This document shows, piece by piece, positions 48,427-59,600 of a DNA stretch of 64,000 nucleotides (positions are counted from its first letter, which is position 1; each line of letters opens with the position of its first letter). Origin of the DNA: Psammoneis japonica (Eukaryota); NCBI GenBank assembly GCA_008632985.1, contig QPGO01000039.1, positions 496,001-560,000 on the forward strand, given 5' to 3'. The notes under the pieces are model-generated. The model ran no database searches and was not told the DNA's origin. It was given only the letters and a program-made list of their open reading frames with translations. The position numbers and the translations under genes are program-made.

Positions 48427-50496
48427 ATGATGACGGGCAACTGGGAGAATTTCCGTGTACGTGTCATTGTAGGAAGTTTAATGGTGCTCCCCACGATCTC
48501 GGGGTTTGAACCAAATTGTGGGAAGCCCAATACAGATCCCTGCGAGATTGCTACTTACAATGATCTCAAGGGTGTTGAGGCCAACGGACTGGACAGAAAC
48601 TATGTGATGATCAATGATATTCAAGCCACAGACGACAATTTCAAACCTATTGGCAATGAGTATGAACCTCTCTGGTACGTTGATTCGTACCATGACTCCT
48701 CTTATTATGAGGAATACGAGGTCGAGTATACTACCTTCACTGGATCATTTGATGGTGGTGGGCATGCGATTCGTGGGTTGTCCATCTTTCAAGAGGAAGA
48801 TGGCAGCATGGGCAAGGGTTTGTTTGGTGGTCTTAGTAATGCCGATGTCCGCAATCTCATCCTAGTTGACACCAAAGTTGGTGCTTCTGACACCTCTGCC
48901 AGATTTGCCGGATCCCTTGCTGGAAGTGTTTATGGTGGCACGATCCATAATGTCACCTCAAGAAATCCACAAGTCAATGGAGATGCTGTTGCTGGTGGGC
49001 TTGTTGGAGATGTATATCAAAATTGTAAAATCTCCTGCTGCCGGGTTCTCGATGGGAAAGTAAACGGGAATCAAGCTGGTGGTCTTGCGGGGTGGATTGA
49101 CGATGTTACCATCGAGGAATGCAGCGTGCAAAACATCTCTGCGATAGAACATGAGTTTGGACCGGACAGTTGCCAAGGAGTCAGTCATCAACAATTGCTT
49201 TGTAGCTGGTGATGTTGCTGTTTTTGGTAGTTTGGAGGTGGGTGGCCTTGTCGGAGCAGCATCGAGTACGAACATATCAAACAGCTATTTTCTAGGTGAT
49301 GTTCATGCGAAAGCAAGTCAAGCGGCCGGTGGTCTCGTTGGCAATTCTTTCAGATCGTCTATTAAGAGCAGCTTTGCCACAGGTAAGGCCACAATAGAGA
49401 AGAGCTTGTATGACGATGATATTTTCATAGGTGGATTTATTGGCCATGACAGCTCCGATGACTACGAGTTGCGACTACTAGAGGGTAACTACTGCGTGAT
49501 GGACCCTGCAGTTGGCGACGAGTATGAGGCAGCCGACACCGAAGTGAAAGTCGTGGAAAGCAAGGAATACTTTCGTGATCCCACTAATCCGCCACACTCC
49601 GGCTGGGACAGCAACATTTGGGCCCAGCTACACAACAGTGCATACCCCTATCCAACCCTTCAGTGCCAATCTTCTGGTCAGAGTAACACTCCCCCAGTTG
49701 CCGTTGATTTCCCTTTGTCAGGAAAGATCAAACTGGACTCGTGCAAAAAACTTGATACCACGATCACCTTTCTGAGTCCGGAGCAAGATCAAACTACTAA
49801 CGTCAAGACTTGGGGAGTCCCCGGTGGAATGACTGCGACAAACAAACCTGGAAATGCAGCGACTGTTCGTCTCGAAATGACACCGACGGCGAATGCGCGA
49901 TACAAACTGTTCTTCAAAGCCCAAGACAGCAAGGGAGCTGTTACCAAGAAGAAGCTACTTGTCATAGTGTCTGGCTGCAAGACTGCAAAGGCACCAAGAA
50001 TGCGCTGCAAGGAACGAGATAAAAAAGCCATGTCGTCTTCAAAGTGCTATGTTTGGACTACGATTGACGACGGGTCCAAATCTTTTGACTCCAAGCCTGT
50101 TGACTTGACGCAAGTCCCTCCTCCGCCCTACGGCGTCGGTGTTACGGATGTAACACTCACAGCTACGGACAGTGAAGGCCGCACAAATACCTGTACGAGG
50201 ACTGTGACGGTTCGTCAACCTCGGCGTGGCGTCTGTCCTGTAAACAAGCCACCAGTTGTGCGCTGCAAAAATAGGGATAAAAGAGCCCGCCCTTCCCTCA
50301 TTGCAAGGTATGGACGACGATTGACTTCGATTCGTATGATCCCAACGGCGACACGTTGACGCACGTCCTGGACCCTCCGCCTCCCTATGGCATTGGAAAT
50401 AGAACAGTGACACTCACAGTCACAGATAGCAAAGGGGCATCCTCATCGTGCACAAGATGTGTCAACGTTCGACCTCCTAGCGATGGCACTTGCTAA
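48427..50496 (+). pseudogene. Secreted GLUG-motif protein with C-terminal HYR/Ig-like repeats; two frameshifts (~49160, ~50295)
   Basis: NYVMINDI, FTGSFDGGGHAIRGL, GLFG, repeated AGGLVG. Two PPPPYG..VTLT.TDS.G repeats, the second in a different frame. Confidence 0.75.
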
Positions 50497-51289
50497 ATCA
50501 CGCCCAAAAACCTGTGGAAAGCAACGGAGTCAGCGACTTTTAGGAAAGAAGAAGACGCACTCATATTTGGTTCTTCAGTTTTACCTGTGGACATTTATTT
50601 TCGCACGGTTTTTGCACTTCTTGGATGTAGTCTTGCGTGAGTTTATAGTTCCCATGGTGAACCAAGGAGGGTGTAGGACCGTTGCAACCTTGCTTTAATG
50701 ACATTAGATAAAAACCGCGTGACCTGATAGCTTTCCACATTCTTTTGCCAAAGATGTAACATGTCCTTACACGAGCTGTCTTGAAGCTCAAGAAGCATGG
50801 CAGACGCTCGATTTTCTAATGGACAAAGTTGCGCACGACGTGTACAAACAGAATATACCGGCCTCCAACCAACTTGTGAAAGAACAAGAAAAGTTGGCTG
50901 GGTCCCTCCACCGGCTCAAACAAGCCATGGAATCACTCGAAAATGCAACAGGCCTGTCCTGAATTTGTCGATGATGTGGGCAAGATCATGAGTGCCTGTG
51001 CAACAAAATTGGTTGACAACTTTGTCCAGGCATGCACAGACAGGGTTTTTATGATGTTCTGCCAAGTCACCTGAGTGACACTGGGTTGAAATCTCTTTCC
51101 AGGAAGGAAGCCACAATGTGGAAAAGCAGTGTCACTGAGTCTGAGAGAGCCATCTTGGCCATTGTGAAGCATCTGCGTGGAGTCATGCTCTGCGGCAGAC
51201 AATGCAACTGGACCAACTCTCTGTTGTCAATTTGGGAAAGAAGAGAGGACCCAGCACAAGAACAAAATGAATGTGCATGACAAACTTTT

Positions 51290-51965
51290 GGCTTTTGACA
51301 GGGTCACTGTCTGCAACCCCAGCAGGTGGCCAGCATGTCTGCTGCCATGATCTCATGGTTGATGCAGCATTGCCTCCACCTGTTGTTGATGCATGTGTTG
51401 TTTCTGTCAAAGCTTCTTCATTGGGTCAGCCCAAAAGTTGACCACAAGGTTTTGGTGGCCTCCCCACTGTTTTTGTGCCATGTGCTGCACAGCTCAAGTT
51501 CTGCATTTTTGCACTCCAAAAAGTGAGACAAGTGGATCTGATTGTTCTTTGTTGGACTCGGGTTGGATCAGTTGTGTCTCAAGAACTGCATGACACCCAC
51601 TGTGCCAGGGATCTGTTCTGTTGATGTGGGCAGCCAATGACTTTGCAACAGTCTGTGCAGCACCTCTGCAGGGTGACTGACAGCATTTCTCAGTTGTGCA
51701 TTGAGTGTGTGCTGGAAAATTCTTTTTCCTTTTTTGATGGTGCCAGTCTGGAGCACCTCTCCAAGGAAGAGCTCTCTGCAACCTTCTGGCTCAAAGGCTG
51801 GCAGGTTTTATGGGCATGGTTGTCAAGTTCTTGACTGGCTGGTTGCTTTTTGCACAAGTTGCAGCAGTGGTTGTGTGGCTGCTCTTCATTTGACTTTGAT
51901 TTCTCAACTTTGCAGCTGCCTGTGAGAGCAGCACCAATCAACAAGAATGCAAAGTGGAGGTGACA
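51290..51965 (+). repeat. Dispersed repeat, copy 1 of 3 (others ~58100-58772 and partial ~60985-61290)
   Basis: Shared ccaaaagttgaccacaaggtttt, gccagtctggagca and gcaccaatcaacaagaatg. Confidence 0.8.
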
Positions 51966-52100
51966 TGCAAAAGAGCCATGATGTACACAGCACCATGCCA
52001 AGCCAAATTGTCAGGGGCCAGACCATTCCAAATCCTGCAATGAAGTGAGGAGAGAAGCAACAACATGAGATGTGAAGTGACTGCACTCATCAACTCACCA

Positions 52101-52647
52101 CAGTTGCGGCTCATCGTGGACAGTGCAGGGGCAAGAGGTGTTGGCTCCACCACAGAACAATGCACCACAGCCAGTGTCAACTGAGTGATGCAACAAAGGA
52201 GCAGTGGATCAGCTGTCATGTGCAGGACTCTCACCACATCTGTGATGGAAGGGAACAAAACATGGCATCACAAGCAAGAAATGAAAGCAAAAGTGATGCA
52301 GTGACAAAATGAGTGACAGGGACAAGATTGTGTTGGAGAGCTGCTGCAAGAATGCATTGTTCAGACAGCACAAGTTTCTAAATGACAAGGCCCTCAACAA
52401 TCACAAATGGAAGGGTTGCAAGGACAGTGCTGTCAGAGCTCAGCATGCCCCGAGAAAAGGGAGCATGATTTTGGGACACATCAAAGGATGAGGTGCAAAG
52501 GCAAACAACGAGAAAGAAGAACAAAGTCAGTGATGAACTGAACAAGAGTTTCTTCCTAAGCAGCACAACTGATGGAGTGTGCTGAGTGTGCCGCGGACAA
52601 GGAACTGGAAAAAAGCTGACACACGTGCATGCACAGGGTGCACAGAT
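52101..52647 (+). repeat. Direct repeat X flanking the Penelope-like element (second copy 56754-57268)
   Basis: Near-identical blocks running from cagttgcggctcat to cacagat on both sides of the element. Confidence 0.9.
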
Positions 52648-52910
52648 GAGTTTTTTTGGGGTTGCACAAAACCCTTAAACCATTTTTTACACATGGTCAG
52701 CTCTTTTTAGATGTGTCTTCAAGCATCAACCCAATCCACCATTTGAAGCACCAAAGCCTGCCATTTTCTCCTCCTGAGTTTTTTGGGCCAAGACATCAAT
52801 GTGCTTTTGCACGCATCGGCATTTGTCTTCAATGGTCGCGTCCAAGCTGCAATGGCAATGACCATTAAAAATGGCTGATCTCTTGACTTTTCAGCTCACA
52901 AGAAAAACAT

Positions 52911-52971
52911 GCCAACCACACTGATGAAGGTGAAAGCAAAAGCTCACATTGTCAAGCTTTGCAGGTTTGGC
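52911..52971 (+). ncRNA. Degenerate type I hammerhead ribozyme in the 5' pLTR
   Basis: CTGATGA core, GAAA-like segment, stem III GCTC/AAGC and outer GCCAA/TTGGC. Stem I is restored when TpA is put back. Confidence 0.6.
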
Positions 52972-55900
52972 AAGACTTTGACTGAGTCTTGTCAGTGCCA
53001 AAGGTGTTTGCACACTTGAAAACCTCAACAGCAGTGTGCACCCAAACAATGATGACAAGCACCAGTGCCTCCAATCAAATCACACCAATGAGGGCCAATG
53101 AAGCTGCAGTGTCATGCACCATGACTTTCGTTGAACCCGATCCAACAACGACATGTTGACAAACTCAAACCATGCCAGGAGCTGATTGAGAAGCAGCCAG
53201 CAGGACTCAGGGGTGCACTCGAGTCCCTCACGACTCGAATGATTTTGCAATCTGCTCAGGTGCAATGGAGGGAGAAAAGAATGCAAGCCTTTGCAGGTGA
53301 ACAAGATCCTCCTTTTGTCCCACATGGCTCAAGGCTCAATGTGGAACTCAAGCACAGCAACAAGCTTCAAGATGATGCAGACACAAAAAAGCTTGTGAGC
53401 AAATTCAAAGACATTGTGGCCAATTTCCAAGAAAAAGGTGTGAAGCTGATGCACAAAATGGCAGAACGTCAACTTGAATTTGCAAAAACAGAAAGAATTT
53501 CTGCACTTGTCACTGCATGCATCGATCTCTTTGAACACCACATGTTCTGTTGCATTGCACATCAAAAAGGAGCATCAAAGCATTCACACAGGCACTTGGG
53601 AGCACTCTGTCTGCTGAAACATGCAAAGAACAAAATTGCAGACACCTTCTGTGTGACCCATCTCAGAGTCAAGCAATGTGTTGTCCCAGCTGAGATCATT
53701 TTGCAGATGCAATCAGATGTGGAGTTAACTGCTCCACCCACCAAAGACACCAACGAAACAGAGTCAAACCCACGCCACTTCACTGACAGCAAAACCAAGA
53801 TCTGTGACACATGGTCACAAGGCTTCAATGCAAGAACACTTTTGGAGAAGTCACCACACGACCACAAAATAAAATCAACCACAAAAACAAAATTGCAAGA
53901 GCCAACATGCAAGTCACCACCAGGTGGAACTCATGCAACAAGAAAGCAGCAGCTGAAGCTGCCGCTGCCACCCTGGAAAATGAGCCATCAGCGCACCGGG
54001 CGCAGCCAAACAAGCTGTCAAAGCTCTTCAAAAACACAGCAGCAGTTAAAAAGGAAGCAAAAAATCTTCGCGGGCAACCAGAAAGCCCTGCCGGCCAAAA
54101 ATGCCACTGCTGCAAAAACAGGAAATGGACCACCACAGAAAAAACAAAAAAACATCAGGAGGCAAGCCTCGCACCAGAAAACAACAGAAAAAACAAGGAA
54201 ATGGAAGAGGCAATCACAGCGCACAGTGCAAAGGTGGGGAAAAAGACTCTGGACATGCACCTGACTTCTGAACTGCTGATTGAGACCACCAACCATCAAG
54301 CCAACAGCTTTTGCAAAAGGATCTGTGGGTTCATGCCAAACCCACCAAACAAAACCCCATGTGGCAAAATGCCATTGATGTGCTTGCTTGGCAATGCTGC
54401 TGCAGTGCAATGCTTCAACTGCCCAATCAATCTGGCTTTCCACAACCTTTGCACAAACCTCCAACCCCCTCCAGGCCTCGTTGCTCTTCTTGGACTTGGC
54501 CACAAGTTTTGCATCAAATGGCCAAGACCACCATCGCACAACAAAAATGGAGCTGAATGACTTTGTTGATCAACTGGCCTTGCAGCCTCTGCCATTTCTC
54601 ATCAATTCCATGGATGCCCCATCAGAAGCCACAACCACATCCCAGGCCTGTGCATCAAGTCAATGTGGGAGCCACCAAAAACAAAAGAAGGCAACTTGGA
54701 ACTGCGTGTGCATGATGGACTTTGCCAACTGTGCTGAACAACTTTGCTGCCAAGCCACAGCAAAACAGCCTTGGCACAACTTGTTGCAACAACAGCGCCA
54801 GCTTTTTTGCTCTCTCAAAGAGGATGGCCAATTCATTGTTTGCTTGAGTGACAAAAATCTTGGACCCATCATCATCAAATGGGCCACGTGCGTCACTCGA
54901 GTCCTCCAAGACCATCTGCTCAACCAGAACAACTGCCAACGATTTTCACCTGCAAAAAAACCAACCTCCTGCAGGATGCAAAGCAACATCTTGTGGATGT
55001 GTGCAATGAAGCCAAGCCTCTCTTAAGCTCCACCAAGCAAAGTTGCTTCAAGCACAGCTTTGACCTGCACCATTGCATCCCGCAATTTTACATCACAATC
55101 AAGGTCCAAAAAATCCCTTGGAAACAAGACCAATTGTCAGTTGTGTGGGCAGTTTTAACAAAATCTTCTCAAACTGGTTGGATGAAAAGATGAAGGAGCT
55201 CTTCACCCTTTCCCACTGATGCATCTGTGATTCCCACCAAGTTCTCATGGATCTGCCAGCACTGGGAACCTTGCCTCCAGGTGCAAAGCTCTTCACCATC
55301 AATGCCATCAGCGTGCATTTGAACATTGACATGAGTCATGCCCTGGAAGTCTTCCAAGACTGGTTCAACACATGCCCAGACAAAATGCCAGCAGGCTTCT
55401 CAATGATTTTTCCCTCTCCACCTCAACTGTCATCATGACACGTGACATTGTCCAGTTTGATGATGCATGCTGGCACCAAACCTGTGGAGCTGCAATGGGC
55501 ACCAGCACAGCATGCATGTGTGCAATGCTGCACAAAGCCCTGCACGAGCGCCAAGTGCTCAAGACATGCTTTGCCACCAACCTTCAGCACCATGGCTGCT
55601 TTGTTGACAACATCCTTGGTGCATGAACAGGAGACAATGAAATGACATGGACAGAGTTCAAAAATGAAATGAACAACTCTGCCCCCCTTGTGCGGGAAAC
55701 TTCCCCACTCTCAACCTCCAACACACATTTCTGGATCTTGAAATCCACATCGGAGCTGACAACAGAATCATCACTCACACACACCAAAAGCCAATGAATC
55801 TCTTTTTGCACATCCCATCTGCCTTGGCACATGCACTGGGAGCACTGAAGAGCATTGTGCGCAGCAACCTCTGGCATTTCTGGACACAAAATTCCAATGT

Positions 55901-56639
55901 GGCAGACTGCATCACTGTTGCACAGAATTTTGTGAACCGTCCAGTCAAAAGAGGACACTGTCAAGCCACCCTGTGTGAGATCTTTGTGCAAGCCGTGCAG
56001 CACCTTGACAACCCCTCTCAACACCACCACTCCAATGCTGCTGCAAACCCAAGCTCTGCATTGTTTTTTTACAGTGAATTTCACCCACAAGGGAAACCCC
56101 ATGTCTCCATCTGACGAGTCCATGACAAAACACTGCTGCAGGGAGTGCAACACACTGGGTTTGACCACTTTGTGCTTGCCTGCTCACAACCAAAAAATTT
56201 GAGAGATGCTTCAATGCAAACTCAAATGCAGGAACCAGAAGGGAAGCATGCATCTAAATGCACAGAGCACTCAGATCCAGAGCTCTTAGTTGGTGACTCC
56301 ATCGCAACGACACACCTCCAGCAAAAAACTCAAATGGGCCACCTTCCTTGCTTTCAGCACTTCGGCTTGCACCCATTTGAGTTTTTTGGGGGTTGCACAA
56401 AACCCCAAAACCACTTTTTACATGCAGCCAGCTCTTTTTAGATGTGTTTTTGAGTGTCAACCCAATCCACCATTGGAAGCACCAAAGCCCACCATTTTCT
56501 CCTCCAGAGTTTTTGGGCCAAGACATCAATGCGTGTGCTTTGTGTGCACTGGCATTTTTCAATGGTCACATCCAAGCTGCAATGGCAACGACCATTAAAA
56601 ACAGCCAATCTCAACATTTTTGGCTCACAAGAAAAACAT

Positions 56640-56693
56640 GCCAACCACACTGATGAAGCAAAAGCTCACATTGTTGAGCTTTGCAGCTTTGGC
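56640..56693 (+). ncRNA. Degenerate hammerhead ribozyme in the 3' pLTR (stem II deleted)
   Basis: CTGATGA followed by the perfect hairpin AAAGCTC-acattgtt-GAGCTTT, flanked by GCCAA/TTGGC. Confidence 0.5.
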
Positions 56694-59600
56694 AAGACTT
56701 TGTCAGAGTCTTGTCAGTGCCAAGGGCATTTGCACACTCAAAAACCTTGGCAGCAGTTGCGGCTCATTGTGGACAGTGCAGGGGCAATGGGTGTTGGCTC
56801 CACCATGTGTCAACTGTGATGCAACAAAGGAGCAGTGGATCAGCTGTCATGTGTGGGATTCTCACCACATCTGTGATGGGGAAGAACAAGATGACATCAC
56901 AAGCAAGAAATGAAAGCAAAAGTGATGCAGTGACAAAATGAATGACAGGGACAAGATTGTGTTGGAGAGCTGCTGCAAGAATGCAGTGTTCAGACAGCAC
57001 AAGTTTCTAAATGACAAGGCCCTCAACAATCACACAATGGAAGGGTTGGAAGGACCATGCTGCCAGAGCTCAGCATGCCCCAAGAAAAGGGAGCATGATT
57101 TTGGGGCACATCAAAGGATGAGGTGCAAAGGCAAACAACAAGAAAGAAGAACAGCGTCAGTGATGAGCTGAACAAAAGTTTTTCCTGAGCAGCACAAACA
57201 AATGGAGTGTGCCATGAACAGGGAACTGGAAAAGAACTGACACACATGCATGCACAGGGCACACAGATCATGAAAAGAAGAAACCACAAGCGCACAAAAC
57301 AATGCCAAGATGCCATCTCTGGAAGACATGCCAGAGGGGCGGAACAACATGATGGCCCAAAGCTGTTTCACCATCATGCAAATCCTGCCACTCATGGTCA
57401 GAAAGACGATGTGGAAGCATTGGCTCAAGAGTTGAGACATTGCTTGAACAAGTTGGCATCTGCAAGTGACGAGGCATTTGGTCTGCCAGTGTTGGAGAAC
57501 AGCTGGAACAAGTGGGCATGCATGCACGGCAGCAAAACAAAGGAAGAGTTGAAGGAATTAAAAAGGAAAGGAGGAGGAATAGACCATGGAAACATTGATG
57601 GAGCACTCACAAAACTTGCATCAGAAATGTTCATGCAGTGACACAAAAAGAAGCCAAGTCATTGACCTGCATTTGTCAATGCAGCACACTGGCATGGATG
57701 CCCACATCAAATGTGGTGGTGGAACCCAAGCTGCAATGAACCCAAAACCTGTGTGGAAAACAAAGGAGGGGCTTGCATTGCTCCATTTGGCCCAACCTGC
57801 AAATTGCCAACCCCTCAGATGCAGGCCACACAAAGTGCCGCAGCTGTGATGATTTCCTTGTTTTCACTGTCGCAAGGTGGAAATTTGACACTCTGCTGTG
57901 GGCTCATTTTCATCATTTGCGCTGGTTGTTGTGCTGGGCATTTGCTTCTGTGCTTCTTTGTCAGAATGTGAGGTGTGGTGTGGTCTAGTCTCAGACAATG
58001 ATGGTCTCTTAGACATGTGGTGCCATGCTGCATGGTGGGAAAGCCACCTGCACACATCTCACCTGGAGCTGGAACAAGCCCAGCAGTCAGAGAAACAAGT
58101 GGGCAACTGCAACTTTGTTGAGGCCTGACAGGTGGCTGGCGCTGTTTGCAGCCATCTCAGTCCATGCAGGAGTGACTCCACTTGTTGGTGCATGAAGCTT
58201 CTTCATTGAGCCAGTCCAAAAGTTGACCACAAGGTTTTGCCCCCCCCCCCCCCCCCCCACTGTTTTTACACAGCGTGCTCTGCGGCACAAGTTCTTCTGC
58301 AGTTTTTGCACCAAAAGGTGAGACAAGCAGTGGATCTGAGATTTGCTGTTGGATTTGCTTGGATTGGGCCAGCTGGATTTCAACTGCGCAACACCCACTG
58401 TGCCAGGGACCTGTTTTGATGACAATCAACAGCCAATGACTTTGCACAACAGCAGTCTGTGCAGCACCTGGGGTGACTGACAGCACTTCTCAGCCATGCA
58501 CCATTGTGCCAGAAAATTCTTTTTCCTGCTTTGGTGGTGCCAGTCTGGAGCACCTCTTCAAGGAAGAGCTCCGCAACCTGCTGACTGAAAGTCTGCAAAG
58601 GAGGCAACCAGGTTGACAGGCATGGTTGTCAAGCTCTTGACTGGCTGGTTTCTTTTTGTGCACAAGTTGCAGCAGTGGTGAGCAGCTGTTCTTTTTTCAA
58701 CTTTGATTTCTCAACTTAGCAGCTGCCTGCAAAAGCAGCACCAATCAACAAGAATGTGAAATGGAGGTGACAAGTGTTGAGAAGTGAGCAACAAAAAACT
58801 CTGCACCTCTTGCAAAGTCAATGTGCAAGGTGGCCAAGCCAGATCTGCACAATGTGTCACTGGCCACACAGGTTGGTTCAGATGCAGCTAATTCAGTGTT
58901 TTTGTTTGTGTGTTGGTTGCTTTTGACTGGGGGAAACAATGGGGTGAAGCAAGTGGCCCAACACAACAAGGGTGCAACAACTTTGGGCCACTTGAAAACT
59001 TGAAAATTGTGGCAATCACCCTCAAGCCAGCCTGCCACACTGGTGTAAAAAAAGGGTGGTGCCTGCACATCAGAGGGGGGTTCCATGCAGGTTTTTGCAC
59101 CAATCAGTTGGGTTTCCCTTCCTCAAATGCAGGGTGACCCACATTTGACACAATGAATCTGCATTTTTTCCACGCAACCCTGCTTGATTTCCACAGTGCC
59201 TGCAGGAATCACAATCCTGCAGGATGGCAAAAACTTCAGTTGAATCTTCCTGGATTTAATTTGTGTTCTTCTGCAGAGGAAACAGCAGACAATTTTTTCT
59301 GAGTTCTTCAAGTGGACATCCCCCCACATGTTCTTGGCACAGGATGTGCCGCACAAACCACAAGCTGGTGTCCATGGGTGATGCTTTCTCTTTCTTTTTT
59401 GTTTGTGCCATTTGCTGCCTCTGTTTTTCCCATGGCAATGCCGTTGTTCAATGACAGCAAAAATTTCAACCTGCAGCTCCAACAACGTCAATGTCCCACT
59501 CAACACGCAAGTTTGTTTGTTCCCAAAATTTTGTTTTGTTCAGTTGGAAAGGGAAACGGAACTTTCTTGTTTGCAATCTTTCCCTTTTGGTGCCATTGTT

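Larger units (their letters stand above)
52648..56757 (+). mobile_element. Penelope-like retroelement with ~390-bp pseudo-LTRs (52648-53035, 56379-56757); decayed ORF1 + RT; no endonuclease seen
   Basis: LLGLGHKFC, SDKNLG, IPQFYITIKV.K, RPIVS, LFTINAISVHLNID, GAAMGT, FVDNI (for FIDDI), FLDL, QKPMNLFLHIP, PKNLRD. Confidence 0.85.
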
